Shown in pieces: positions 46,765-57,023 of a stretch of DNA of 64,000 bases. Source of the DNA: an uncultured Clostridia bacterium (GTDB lineage Bacteria > Bacillota > Clostridia > Oscillospirales > Ruminococcaceae). The stretch covers positions 37,535-101,534 of the forward strand of contig CALWZA010000019.1 in assembly GCA_944385905.1 (NCBI GenBank). Reading direction: 5' to 3'. A program made the position numbers and the translations under genes. The number at the start of each line of letters is the position of its first letter. Position 1 is the stretch's first letter. The notes below the pieces were generated by a model that saw nothing but the letters and a program-made list of their open reading frames with translations, was not told the DNA's origin and made no database searches.

Positions 46765-47223
46765 TCAGCGTCTTTTTATCTTTGTCATTATTACAGCGTC
46801 GTCGGGGGGGGACGAATAATAGCCCTTGCGGACTCCCGATACAGAGTAGCCGACAGACGAATAAAGAGCGGCGGCGGGAGAATTTTTCGACCTTACCTCC
46901 AGCGAGTAAAACTCCGCCGACGGCGTCAAGTCCTCAAGAAACCGCAAAAGCCGTCCGGCTATCCCTTTTCGGCGAAAGCTTTTTTTCACAGCTATGCTGT
47001 CAATGTAAACCTCGCCGGCAACCGATGCAGCGAACAAAAATCCCGCGACTTCGTTTAAGCGGGAGTCAAAAGCCGTCAGACAAATAAAACGGCTCTGCTC
47101 ACGAATACGGTAAATAAAATCTTCGCTTTGCCAAGCCTCAGATGTAAAGCAATCGGCGTCGATTTCGGATATCTGCTCGACGTCGGCTTCGGCGCAATGC
47201 CTGATAATAACGCTGTCAGACAT
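46765..47223 (-). CDS. rimI: Ribosomal-protein-alanine N-acetyltransferase (RimI-like GNAT).
   Basis: 152 aa. IDSIAVKKSFRRKGIAGRLL and LEVRSKNSPAAALYSSVGY. It overlaps the rsmI stop by 8 nt. Confidence 0.7.
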   Translation of the reverse strand: MSDSVIIRHCAEADVEQISEIDADCFTSEAWQSEDFIYRIREQSRFICLTAFDSRLNEVAGFLFAASVAGEVYIDSIAVKKSFRRKGIAGRLLRFLEDLTPSAEFYSLEVRSKNSPAAALYSSVGYSVSGVRKGYYSSPPDDAVIMTKIKRR

Positions 47224-48070
47224 TTTTTTCGTCCTCCAAGAGCATTGAGTAAAGCTCGCTTTTGGAAAATTTCGAGGCTTTGGCGATTTCCTTGCAGGCG
47301 TCGGCGCCTCTCATTCCTTTTGAGACAAGCTCACGAACCTTTTCAAGAGCCGACTGAGCCGTTTCCTCCTCAGAAGCTTCCGATGAAGAAGCCTTTCCCT
47401 CAATAACCAGCACATATTCTCCTCTCGGCGAGGTCTGCTCATACATCTCAACGGCCTCGTCAAGGGTTGTGCGGATAATTTCCTCATGAATCTTAGTAAG
47501 CTCTCTGCAAAGAGAGATTTTTCTGTTGCCGAAATATTCTCTCATGTCCTTCAGGGTTGAAAGCAGCTTGTGAGGAGCTTCGTAAAAAACAAGGGTGTGT
47601 TCCGAATCCCTTACCGAAGCTAAGTGGCTGAATCTCTGACGTTTTGAAACCGAGAGAAAGCCCTCGAAGGAAAAGCGGGAGGTTGAAAGTCCGCTCACGG
47701 CAACTGCCGAAATAACAGCCGACGGTCCGGGAACGACTTCGACTTTTACTCCGTTTTCGGCGCACAGCTTGACAAGGTCTTCTCCGGGGTCTGAAATGCA
47801 GGGCATACCGGCGTCGGTAATTATAGCGCAGGTTTCGCCGCTTAAAATGCGTCCGAGGACATATTCGCCGGCGAGCTTGTGGTTGTGCTCGTGATAGCTG
47901 ACAAGCGGTTTTTTTATCTCAAAATAATTTAAAAGCTTTGATGAAACACGGGTGTCCTCAGAGGCTATGAAGTCGGCGCTTTTAAGGACTTCAACAGCCC
48001 GAAAGGTCATATCTCCGAGATTGCCGATAGGAGTTCCTACGACAAAAAGCTTTCCTTGGGGTGAGTTCAT
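47216..48070 (-). CDS. rsmI: 16S rRNA (cytidine1402-2'-O)-methyltransferase RsmI.
   Basis: KLFVVGTPIGNLGDMTFRAVEVLKSADFIASEDTR, tetrapyrrole-methylase fold. Confidence 0.9.
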   Translation of the reverse strand: MNSPQGKLFVVGTPIGNLGDMTFRAVEVLKSADFIASEDTRVSSKLLNYFEIKKPLVSYHEHNHKLAGEYVLGRILSGETCAIITDAGMPCISDPGEDLVKLCAENGVKVEVVPGPSAVISAVAVSGLSTSRFSFEGFLSVSKRQRFSHLASVRDSEHTLVFYEAPHKLLSTLKDMREYFGNRKISLCRELTKIHEEIIRTTLDEAVEMYEQTSPRGEYVLVIEGKASSSEASEEETAQSALEKVRELVSKGMRGADACKEIAKASKFSKSELYSMLLEDEKNV

Positions 48071-49594
48071 TTATAAATTCCTTTCTGTGTGCGGGTTTTC
48101 GTTAAAATAAAGGTCTATTCCTATTTTGTCAAAAAACTCGAGAGTTTCGGAAAGAGGCATATTTTTTATATAGTGAGATTTTGTTTTGTCCGACTGAGAG
48201 TAAACTTTAATATGGCAGTTTCCCGAAAAATACTGAAATACAGATTGATAAACCGTCACTTTTGTGATCTTTTCAACGGGCATGACTATATTGTGAAAAG
48301 AGTACAGTCCGCAGTATTTTAAAGTCAGAAAACCGTTTTCATATCCTATTCCGGTTGTAAAAAAAGCCATAAACTGAACTATGATTTCCCATACAATAGG
48401 GACTTCAAATATAAGCGCCGAATAAATCACGGCTGTTCTCCATGACGGGAAAAAGTATAAAAGAGGGAAAACCGCGGCGGGGATAACAAGCGAGGCTACA
48501 AGAGGAGCGAGAATATAGCCCATGATATTGCGCAAAGGCGGCTTTTGGGTGATTTTCGGTTGGGGATAGCTTGGGAAAAGCATGTGGGATGTGTCGTTAA
48601 TTTCATGCCGTGTGGTAATCGGAAGGATAACCGCAAGCTCTCTGCCTTTTCCGCCGTAGCCGGCACAGTGAGTGTGAAGAGAAGAAATCCTGAAAATTTT
48701 TGTGAAAAAGTTTTGCCTAAGGTCAATGTAGTTGATTTTGCCCGTATTTAAAAAGTGACTGCATCTGGTTAAAATTCCGCTTCTTATAACTATGCTGTTG
48801 TTTCTTCTCGAAACGATAAATCTCCAGTATCTCAAAAGGTTTGCAACAAACGAAATCAGCCAGCCTCCGCCGACGACAACCGCTATTCCGATTGCGACCG
48901 GAGGAATTCCGACCGCTAGGCTCATTGCCACCTCGTTAAATGAATCAAAAAGTATTTTTTCAAGATTGTTTCCTATAATCTTACCCACTTGAATAATGAG
49001 GGTTGAAAAAATAATAACCCCCGAAAGGGTGGAGGAAAATATCAAAGAGAAGAAAAAAAGGTGAAGCCGCCTTGGTGATACCGAATAAGTAAGGTCGGCT
49101 TTTGAACGGAGCCTTACTGTTTCAAAAAGCCTGTTTGCCTGTTTTGCGCCCGTAATCAGGGTTATGTCCGTGTTTGAAAAGGTACCGGCGTTTGTCGTGA
49201 CGCTGACTTTAGCGGCGCCTATAATTTTAAAAAAAAGGTTTTGATATACCGTCAGAGTGGCTATTTCGCCGTAAAAAAGGGTGTCGAAGGCGTCGGCGAT
49301 TATCCCTTTTTTTATAATAAGCTTTTCGTCGTCGTATTTATAAAAAACCGAGAGATATCTTATCACAGCAAAGGCGAAAATTGCAAAAAGTACAATTATA
49401 TCAAGCCACGCGCCTTTGAGCCACAGGGAAAAACGGCTTAAATCAAACCGCAGAGCGTAGACGCTTCTCGCGAGAGGTATTAATAAAAGCCAGAAGTTTC
49501 TGGTTGTATAGCTGAAAAGCTTTATCGGGTGCTGACGGCTCACGCCGCTTTTTCTTTGTATTTTGAATCTGATAGCCGCCACATCCTTTCTCAA
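48071..49594 (-). CDS. YdbT-like membrane protein with repeated bacterial PH (bPH_2) domains.
   Basis: 507 aa with alternating TM hairpins and roughly 80-aa soluble repeats. Its stop abuts the rsmI start. Confidence 0.55.
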   Translation of the reverse strand: MRKDVAAIRFKIQRKSGVSRQHPIKLFSYTTRNFWLLLIPLARSVYALRFDLSRFSLWLKGAWLDIIVLFAIFAFAVIRYLSVFYKYDDEKLIIKKGIIADAFDTLFYGEIATLTVYQNLFFKIIGAAKVSVTTNAGTFSNTDITLITGAKQANRLFETVRLRSKADLTYSVSPRRLHLFFFSLIFSSTLSGVIIFSTLIIQVGKIIGNNLEKILFDSFNEVAMSLAVGIPPVAIGIAVVVGGGWLISFVANLLRYWRFIVSRRNNSIVIRSGILTRCSHFLNTGKINYIDLRQNFFTKIFRISSLHTHCAGYGGKGRELAVILPITTRHEINDTSHMLFPSYPQPKITQKPPLRNIMGYILAPLVASLVIPAAVFPLLYFFPSWRTAVIYSALIFEVPIVWEIIVQFMAFFTTGIGYENGFLTLKYCGLYSFHNIVMPVEKITKVTVYQSVFQYFSGNCHIKVYSQSDKTKSHYIKNMPLSETLEFFDKIGIDLYFNENPHTERNL

Positions 49595-49617
49595 TGATAC
49601 TCGTGAAATAAAACAGC

Positions 49618-50064
49618 TCAGCCGTCTCGTTTTCTGAGCTGGGAGGATACGAGAGATGAAATTTCATCGCAGTCCGAGCTTGAGAGAAACGGGATAAGTA
49701 TTTTTCCGCCCAAAGCGTTAATGATGATAAAATTAAGCGCAGTAATTCTTGAAAGGGGCGTGACTATTTCTGTTATATACTGAACGGCGGAAAATTTCAT
49801 GACCGTTCTTGAAAGATAAATCATGCCCGAGTGCTTTGAAATCTCAGCCGATGAGATGCAGTAAACGGTTCGGCGGAAATAAAGCGGAATGAGTATCAGC
49901 CCGAAGCAGACGACGAGAGCCCAGCATATTCCGATAGCCGTCCACATAATAATCTTGTATGGAGCAAGGTATGTCCTTGCAAGGACGGTTAAAGCGACTG
50001 CGGCGGCGAAAATGATTATTCTTATAAACATAAGCGCCTTGCGGCTGGGATGATATTTTTTCAT
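49618..50064 (-). CDS. YdbS-like membrane protein (single bPH_2 domain).
   Basis: 148 aa, two TM segments then a PH-like domain. It forms the usual pair with ydbT. Confidence 0.55.
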   Translation of the reverse strand: MKKYHPSRKALMFIRIIIFAAAVALTVLARTYLAPYKIIMWTAIGICWALVVCFGLILIPLYFRRTVYCISSAEISKHSGMIYLSRTVMKFSAVQYITEIVTPLSRITALNFIIINALGGKILIPFLSSSDCDEISSLVSSQLRKRDG

Positions 50065-50137
50065 CTTATCTTAAATTCTCCTTTTGAATTTGCAGTCGGA
50101 TTAATTTTTAATGAAAGGAATCCTTACGGGTGAGGGT

Positions 50138-51466
50138 ATGAACGAGGCGATAGAAAGAATAAGCGGGCTTGTTTGGGGTATGCCGACAGTGGCTCTGATA
50201 ATTTGCGTGTCAATTTATTTTACAATAAAAATCCGTTTTTTTCAAGTGCTGCACCTTCCGACGCTTTTTAAAAGGACTTTTCTCACTCTTTTTAAAAGGG
50301 AAGAAGCACAGGACAGGAAAGGAAGCGGCGGCTTTTCGAGACTTAGAACGGTTTCCACCTCTCTTGCGGCGACAATCGGCACAGGAAGCATAACCGGAGT
50401 CGCGGCGGCGCTCTCGGTCGGAGGTCCGGGAGCGATATTCTGGATGTGGGTATCCGCTTTTTTGGGTATGGCGGCGGCTTATGCCGAGGGGGTGCTTTCT
50501 GTCAAGTACCGAAAAAGGCTTGCAAACGGGGAATACAAGGGCGGAGCGATGTATTATATCGAAATGGGTCTTGGCAAAAAACGCCTTGCGAAGCTCTATG
50601 CCTTTTTATGCGTGCTGACGTCGTTCGGAATGGGAAATATGGCGCAAAGCAACGCTGTTTCAGAAACCGCTCAAAATGTCTTTTCGCTTTCCCCGGCGCT
50701 TACGGGAGCGGTTATTTTCGCCGCGGTTTGGTTTATAGCGTCGGGAGGGGCGTCAAGAGCAGGAAAAGCAGCCGAGATAACTGTTCCCATTGTAGCAGTT
50801 TTGTTTTTAATATGTTCTCTTGCCGTGCTGATTATAAACCGTCATGAGGTTTTAAACTGCTTTGCGGAAATTTTCGGCTCGGCGTTCGGCTTAAAGCAGG
50901 CGGCAGGCGGATTTTTGGGATACGGCATTAAAGAGGCGGTGTCAACAGGCTTCAAAAGGGGGATATTCTCAAACGAAGCGGGACTCGGAACAACTGCCTC
51001 GGTACACGCTAAAACCGAGGTCAGAGACCCGTCGGTTCAGGGACTGTGGGGAATGTTCGAGGTGTTCGCCGACACAATGGTTATAAGCACCCTTACCGCT
51101 CTTGTAATACTTTCAAGCGGAGCTTTGCAGGCAGGCGGCGACGCGGCAAAAATAGTTTCAGAGGCTTTTTCAAGCGGACTGGGGAAAGCCTCGGGAGCGG
51201 TGATTTCCGTTTCAATAATAATGTTCGCGTTCGCGACGATAATCGGCTGGTCGTGTATAGGCGAAAGCGCGTTTGAATATCTTTTCGGGGAGAAAACCAA
51301 ATGCGTATATCATGCGGCGTTTGCTCTCTGCGCTCTCAGCGGAGCGCTTTTAAGCCTTGAAACCGTGTGGAACATATCGGATATATTCAACGGACTTATG
51401 GTGTTCCCGAACCTTTTGGGGATAGTTTTGCTTTCGGGGAACATAAAGCCTCCGCCTAAAGGCTGA
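50138..51466 (+). CDS. Alanine/glycine:cation symporter (AGCS family).
   Basis: Motifs are FFQVLHLP, LAATIGTGSITGVA, GGPGAIFWMW and FSNEAGLGT. RBS GGTGAGGG before the ATG at 50138. Confidence 0.85.
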   Translation: MNEAIERISGLVWGMPTVALIICVSIYFTIKIRFFQVLHLPTLFKRTFLTLFKREEAQDRKGSGGFSRLRTVSTSLAATIGTGSITGVAAALSVGGPGAIFWMWVSAFLGMAAAYAEGVLSVKYRKRLANGEYKGGAMYYIEMGLGKKRLAKLYAFLCVLTSFGMGNMAQSNAVSETAQNVFSLSPALTGAVIFAAVWFIASGGASRAGKAAEITVPIVAVLFLICSLAVLIINRHEVLNCFAEIFGSAFGLKQAAGGFLGYGIKEAVSTGFKRGIFSNEAGLGTTASVHAKTEVRDPSVQGLWGMFEVFADTMVISTLTALVILSSGALQAGGDAAKIVSEAFSSGLGKASGAVISVSIIMFAFATIIGWSCIGESAFEYLFGEKTKCVYHAAFALCALSGALLSLETVWNISDIFNGLMVFPNLLGIVLLSGNIKPPPKG

Positions 51467-51473
51467 CAGGGGA

Positions 51474-52613
51474 TTATTCTATATAGACTCTCGGCACTCT
51501 GGGAGATATTCCGCAGATAATCTCATATCCGATAGTGCCGTAAAGGTCGGCAAGCTCGTCGGCGGTAATGTGTTCGTTTCCGTCCGAGCCGAAAAGGGTG
51601 ACTACGTCGCCGGGCTTTGCGTCAATGCCGGTAACGTCTATCATAAGCTGGTCCATGCACACTCTGCCTATAACGTCCGCCCTCTTTCCGTTAATAAGAA
51701 CCTGAGCTTTTGATGACAGCAGGCGTGAGTATCCGTCGGCATAGCCTATCGTAACGGTAGCGATTTTTGTTTTTTTGCTTGTGGTAAAGGTTCTTCCGTA
51801 GCTGACGCTTACCCCCTCCTCAACCTCCTTAACCTGTGAAACACAGGCTTTAAGCTCCATTACAGGCTCAAGCTCAACGGGAAGGGGGAGAGAAGAGTTC
51901 GGTTTAAGCCCGTAAAGCATGATTCCGAACCGCGCGAGAGTAGAAGCCTCGTCATAGTGATAAGCCGCTCCTGCGGAGTTTAAAAAGTGCGCCTGTTTTA
52001 AAACGACAAGGCGCTTTTTCATGCCCTGACGAATTTCCTTAAACAGCGCTATTTGTTTGTTTGTATACTCTATATCTGACGGTTTGTCGCTGTCCGCGAC
52101 CGAAAGGTGGGTGAAAATTCCCTCAACCTCGATTTTCGGAATTTTCGCGATTTTTTCGGCTTCATCGCAGTATCCGTCGACTGTCGGGTGACGCAGGCCT
52201 ATTCTTGTCATGCCTGTGTCAAGCTTTATGTGAACCCTGACGCTCTCACCGTCGGGAACGTATTTTGAAAGCTCCTCGGCATAGGAAAGCTCAGTCACAG
52301 ACTGGATAATATCATTTTTGATAAGCGCCTGAGCCATGTCGGGAGGAGTATATCCGAGAATGAGAATTTCCCCCGTGACACCAAGGGCTCTGAGCTCCTG
52401 AGCCTCTATCAGGTTTGAAACAGCGAACCAGTTGATGTCAAGCTCGGTTTCAAGAAAGGGTATAATCCTTTCACAGCCGTGGCCGTAGCAGTTTGCTTTT
52501 ACAACGCTCATCATTTCGGTGCGGGGACCGATAAGGCTTTTGCATTTTTCAACATTTCTTCTGAGTCTGTCAAGGTGGATTTCCGCCCAAGCTCTTTTAA
52601 GATATTTGTCCAT
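51474..52613 (-). CDS. alr: Alanine racemase.
   Basis: AWAEIHLDRLRRNV and VVKANCYGHG (PLP lysine motif). RBS GAAAGGA before the ATG at 52613. Confidence 0.92.
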   Translation of the reverse strand: MDKYLKRAWAEIHLDRLRRNVEKCKSLIGPRTEMMSVVKANCYGHGCERIIPFLETELDINWFAVSNLIEAQELRALGVTGEILILGYTPPDMAQALIKNDIIQSVTELSYAEELSKYVPDGESVRVHIKLDTGMTRIGLRHPTVDGYCDEAEKIAKIPKIEVEGIFTHLSVADSDKPSDIEYTNKQIALFKEIRQGMKKRLVVLKQAHFLNSAGAAYHYDEASTLARFGIMLYGLKPNSSLPLPVELEPVMELKACVSQVKEVEEGVSVSYGRTFTTSKKTKIATVTIGYADGYSRLLSSKAQVLINGKRADVIGRVCMDQLMIDVTGIDAKPGDVVTLFGSDGNEHITADELADLYGTIGYEIICGISPRVPRVYIE

Positions 52614-52769
52614 ATATTGTCCTTTCAAAAAGCCGGTTAAAAATCAAGACTGCTTATTTCAGATGGCTATTGAAAAAAAGCGCCGGCCGTGTTATATTAA
52701 TATTATATTTATAGGAGCTGATATTACTTTAGCTCAGTAATTTGACAACTAAGGAAAGGAAGCTTGCCG

Positions 52770-53324
52770 ATGATTTTCGACGACAGCCGGAATGTGTGCT
52801 GTTTTTCCGGGCACCGTCCGGAAAAGCTGCCCGACGGAGGAAACCCGTCATCAATGAATATCCGGCGGTTAAAAAGCGTTCTGATGCTCGCTGTTGAAGA
52901 AGCTGTCGCAAAAGGCAAAACCGTTTTTCTTTCGGGAATGGCAAGGGGAGTAGATCTCTGGGCAGCGGCAATGGTTATTGAGGCAAAAAGGAAGAACCCG
53001 GAGATAAAGCTTGTGTGCGTTTTGCCGTACAGAGATCAGATGGAGTCAGTCAAAGGAGTCGAGAAGTGGCAGTATTGCAATATTCTCGAGAACGCCGATG
53101 AGACGGTGGTTTTGTGCGAAAAGCGAACAAAGGGCTGCTATAGGAAAAGAAACGAGTTTTTAGTCAGCCATTCATCAATGCTGATAGCAGTAGTTTGGAA
53201 TTATTCAAGCGGTACCGGCCAAACAATCAAGCTTGCGGAAAAAAAGGGACTTGAAACGCACATTATAGACATTAACGAGAATAAGGAGATATTTTGTGCC
53301 GATGATTCTCTCCCGACCGAATAG
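52770..53324 (+). CDS. DUF1273/SLOG-family protein (YpsA-like).
   Basis: CCFSGHRPEKLP near the N-terminus and GMARGVDLWAA. Confidence 0.65.
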   Translation: MIFDDSRNVCCFSGHRPEKLPDGGNPSSMNIRRLKSVLMLAVEEAVAKGKTVFLSGMARGVDLWAAAMVIEAKRKNPEIKLVCVLPYRDQMESVKGVEKWQYCNILENADETVVLCEKRTKGCYRKRNEFLVSHSSMLIAVVWNYSSGTGQTIKLAEKKGLETHIIDINENKEIFCADDSLPTE

Positions 53325-53448
53325 TAACGCATATCTGCTTTTATTTTACTACTCGGCAGTAAAAAATTCAATAGATTTTGGCGATTTTTAATCTGCCCAA
53401 ACATATTTATTAAAAATATCAGCAACAATTGTGACAGGAGTTAATGCA

Positions 53449-54381
53449 ATGGTGAGAAAATCGAAAGCCCGCGGAGCTTTATCCGTAGTTATAGTTTATT
53501 TCGCGACCATGTTGGTTTCGCTGATTGTAATCGGGGGAGCGGCGGTTTATATAATGAATAATTACATAAACGCTCCTGCTTCGCAGGCGGATTCGGACAA
53601 TATTGTAAATGAGGAAAGCGATATCTATACTCCCTCTCTGTCTGACAACCTGACCGTGCTGTTTATAGGCGCGGAGGGAGACGTTTTTAACGCCGCGGCG
53701 GCTGTGCAGTTCAGCCCTGTAAATCTTCAGATAAAGGTTGTTCCGATATCGCCGTTTACATTGTGTACTGTCGGGTCAAAGACCGAAACGCTTGCATACC
53801 ACTATAAAACCGGCGGAATTACAAATCTCAGAGCTGGAATTGAGGACGTAACCGGAATGAGCTTTGACAGGTATATCAAGCTTTCAAACGACGGTTTCGC
53901 TATACTCGTCGAGGATATCGGCGGACTTTACTATAACATACCTCAGGATATGTACTATAATAACGAGGAAACCGGTGAAATCACAAACTTTTCGCAGGGA
54001 AGGTCAACCCGTATCCTTTGGGGCGACGATCTCAGAAAGCTTATGATTTACCCCAAATACAACGGCGGCCATGACCAAAACGTAAAGGTAACCGGGGATA
54101 TCTGCGCTTCGATAATCAACGGATATTTCAACAGCAAGGACACCGTTTTAAAAAATATGAGGTCGATGTTCACCTCAATGCTCAATAACTCTGACAGCAA
54201 GGATATCGACGCCAAGGACTACGAGGACTGGAAAGACGCTATGGAATACATGCTTAAAAACGCCTCTTCTCCCGCTGTTTTCAGAGTCCTTAAAGGAGTG
54301 TGGAATGAGGACGGCACTTTTACTCCTGACGTCACATTTAAGGATGAGCTTATGGATTATTTCGGAATGAATTATGACTGA
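53449..54381 (+). CDS. Membrane-anchored protein with weak LytR-CpsA-Psr (LCP)-like similarity.
   Basis: N-terminal TM, then LTVLFIGAEGD...FDRYIKLSNDGFAILVEDIGGLYYNIP resembles the LCP-fold pattern. The conserved Arg/Asp residues are not evident. Confidence 0.35.
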   Translation: MVRKSKARGALSVVIVYFATMLVSLIVIGGAAVYIMNNYINAPASQADSDNIVNEESDIYTPSLSDNLTVLFIGAEGDVFNAAAAVQFSPVNLQIKVVPISPFTLCTVGSKTETLAYHYKTGGITNLRAGIEDVTGMSFDRYIKLSNDGFAILVEDIGGLYYNIPQDMYYNNEETGEITNFSQGRSTRILWGDDLRKLMIYPKYNGGHDQNVKVTGDICASIINGYFNSKDTVLKNMRSMFTSMLNNSDSKDIDAKDYEDWKDAMEYMLKNASSPAVFRVLKGVWNEDGTFTPDVTFKDELMDYFGMNYD

Positions 54382-54425
54382 CGCTTTCGGTGCCAATGTG
54401 AAATGTTTGTCCGGCAGAAAGGAAA

Positions 54426-54776
54426 ATGTTTATGACTAATCGTATAAAGATAAGAATTTATAACAAAGAGTATAATTTATTTACGGAAGAAACCGAAGAG
54501 TATTCATCGGCGCTTGCTTCGGAGCTTGATTCAAAAATGCGCGGGCTTATTGATAAAAACTCAGCCGTTTCCCCGTGTGACGCCGCTGTTTTGTGCGCGC
54601 TGGACGCTTTGGACGCCGCAAAGAAAGAAAAAGAGAGCGCGGACAACATGCGGGCGCAGATAAGAAAATATTCAGATGAGGCACTTGAGGCTAAAAAAAG
54701 GCTTGAAATCGAAAAAAAGGAAAACAAAGCGCTCAAGGCTAAAATCGAAAAGCTTGAAGCCGAGCTTTTGGGATAA
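54426..54776 (+). CDS. zapA: Cell division protein ZapA.
   Basis: 116 aa. IKIRIYNKEYNLFTEETEEY..LDSKMRGL..AAVLCALDALD plus a C-terminal coiled coil. Confidence 0.7.
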   Translation: MFMTNRIKIRIYNKEYNLFTEETEEYSSALASELDSKMRGLIDKNSAVSPCDAAVLCALDALDAAKKEKESADNMRAQIRKYSDEALEAKKRLEIEKKENKALKAKIEKLEAELLG

Positions 54777-54822
54777 AAAATTACGAACATCTGTTAAAAT
54801 CCAAAGAAGCGGTGCATAAACA

Positions 54823-56892
54823 ATGAGTGAAAAAAATATACCCGAGCTTTTGGCTCCCTGCGGTTCGTTTGAGTCGCTTGAGGCGGCTCTTCGTGCAGGA
54901 GCTGACGCGGTTTATATAGGCGGAAAGAGCTTTTCGGCAAGGCAAAACGCCGAAAACTTTTCAGATGAGGATATTGAAAAAGCCGTTTTTGAGTGCCACC
55001 GTCAGGGGGTTAAGATATACAGAGCGATAAACACCCTTGTTTTTGACAGCAAGCTTTCGGAACTTGCGCAGGAAATAGAAAAATGCTGCAAGCTTGGGAT
55101 TGACGGAATTATTTCTCAGGACTTAGCTGTCTGTGAGATAGTAAGGCTTGCGTGTCCGTCTTACCCTATTCACGCCTCGACTCAAATGACCGTTCACACC
55201 GCCGACGGCGTCAGAGAGGCAAAACTGCTCGGATTCAAGAGAGTGGTTGTTTCAAGAGAATGTTCGGAAAAAACTATCAGAGAGCTTTGCGCTCTTGATA
55301 CGGAAATCGAGGCGTTTGTTCACGGAGCGCTGTGCATGTCGGTTTCGGGACAGTGCTACATGAGCGCAGTTATAGGCTCGAGAAGCGCAAACAGAGGTCT
55401 GTGCGCAGGCGCGTGCAGACTGCCTTTTTCGGCGGCTTTAAAAACCGACAAAAACGCTTACGACCTTTCCTTAAAGGACCTTTGCCTTGCCGATTATGTT
55501 GAAAAAATGTCAAAAGCGGGAGTGGCAAGCCTTAAAATCGAGGGAAGAATGAAGCGCCCCGAATATGTAGCCGCCTCAACTGACGCCTACCGCAGGGTTT
55601 TGGACGGCGAAACCGCGGATATTGACAGGCTTCGGGCGGTTTTTTCAAGAAGCGGCTTTACCGACGGATATTTTACAGGCAGGCTCGGACGTGATATGTT
55701 CGGATTCAGGCAAAAAGAGGACGTCTTGGCGGCTTCCGAGGTTTTGCCGTCGCTTAGGGAAATATACAGAAAAGAAAGAAAACGGTTTGAGATAAGTTTT
55801 CTTGTTAAAATCAAAGACGGCGATAAGATTTCGGTTTTTGCGCGGGACAATTTCGGGCTGAGCGCAGAGGTCAGGGGAGATATACCGCAAAAGGCTGTGA
55901 ATAAAGAGGCGGATGAGGAATTTGTCAAAAAGCAGTTTTCAAAGCTCGGCGACAGCATATATTCGCTTAAAAACATTTCCCCGGAAATTGAGGAAGGACT
56001 GAGCGTTTCGGCGTCGGCGTTAAACGAGCTTAGGCGAAGAGCGGTTTTTGAGCTTGACAAAAAAAGGGCGGAGCGGTTTCAGACATGGGATTTTGATAAA
56101 AACATTCTCAGCCTGAATTTCCCGAAACGCTTAAATATCAAGCCCAAAAAGCTCAGAATCAGCGCGCAGAGCGTCAGCCAGCTTTCGCAGACCGACCTTT
56201 CACGCGCAGAGCTTATCACTCTGCCGCTTTGGGAGTGGAAAAACGCCGCCGAAAGCGGTATCGATATATCAAAAATCGTGCTTTCTCTGCCGAGGTTTAT
56301 GCCCGATGAGCGAAAAGTCAGGCAGGAGATAGAAAAAGCCGCCGCAAGCGGATTCAGAGACGCTGAGGCGACAAACCTCTCGCACCTCAAAACCGCACGG
56401 GATACGGGGCTTGAGGTTCACGGCGGCTTCGGGCTGAATATAACAAACTCGCTTGCCCTTTCGGCGCTTTCAAGGCTCGGCGCTTCGGACTGCACGCTGT
56501 CTTTTGAGATGAAAGCGGCGCAGATAAACTCAATCGGCGATTTTCTGCCGATAGGTATAATCGCTTACGGCAAGCTGCCTTTGATGCTTACCGCAAACTG
56601 CCCGATTTTTCATGCGGTGTCAGACTGCCGCAAATGCACGGGAAGGCTTGTTGACAGAAAGGGAGCGGAGTTTCCGGTGCTTTGCCGCAAAAATCAGGGG
56701 TATTTCGAGGTGCTTAATTCGGAGATTCTTTGGCTTGCGGATAAGCTTGACGATTTCAACGTAGATTTTATTACCCTCGCTTTTACGGACGAAACCCCGA
56801 AACAGGCGGCGCAGACTGTCGAGGCGTACAAAAAAGGGCTCGGCTTTGACGGAAAAATGACAAGAGGACTTTATTATAGGGGCGTTTTGTAA
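54823..56892 (+). CDS. U32 family peptidase-like protein (long fused form).
   Basis: ELLAPCGSFESLEAALRAGADAVYIGG and the Cys-rich GALCMSVSGQCYMS..CAGACRLP. Confidence 0.85.
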   Translation: MSEKNIPELLAPCGSFESLEAALRAGADAVYIGGKSFSARQNAENFSDEDIEKAVFECHRQGVKIYRAINTLVFDSKLSELAQEIEKCCKLGIDGIISQDLAVCEIVRLACPSYPIHASTQMTVHTADGVREAKLLGFKRVVVSRECSEKTIRELCALDTEIEAFVHGALCMSVSGQCYMSAVIGSRSANRGLCAGACRLPFSAALKTDKNAYDLSLKDLCLADYVEKMSKAGVASLKIEGRMKRPEYVAASTDAYRRVLDGETADIDRLRAVFSRSGFTDGYFTGRLGRDMFGFRQKEDVLAASEVLPSLREIYRKERKRFEISFLVKIKDGDKISVFARDNFGLSAEVRGDIPQKAVNKEADEEFVKKQFSKLGDSIYSLKNISPEIEEGLSVSASALNELRRRAVFELDKKRAERFQTWDFDKNILSLNFPKRLNIKPKKLRISAQSVSQLSQTDLSRAELITLPLWEWKNAAESGIDISKIVLSLPRFMPDERKVRQEIEKAAASGFRDAEATNLSHLKTARDTGLEVHGGFGLNITNSLALSALSRLGASDCTLSFEMKAAQINSIGDFLPIGIIAYGKLPLMLTANCPIFHAVSDCRKCTGRLVDRKGAEFPVLCRKNQGYFEVLNSEILWLADKLDDFNVDFITLAFTDETPKQAAQTVEAYKKGLGFDGKMTRGLYYRGVL

Positions 56893-56954
56893 AAAGAGAT
56901 GTTATGTAAAAGCATGACTGATGTTATGAACATGCAAAAAACAGCTCAAAGTCA

Positions 56955-56983
56955 TTGACATTTATTTATAACGGCATTATAAT
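56955..56983 (+). promoter_or_regulatory. Perfect consensus sigmaA promoter of serC-serA.
   Basis: TTGACA (56955-56960), 17 nt, TATAAT (56978-56983). Confidence 0.6.
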
Positions 56984-57023
56984 GTCTTTATAACTATATT
57001 TTATTTACATGGAGGCTATTTAA

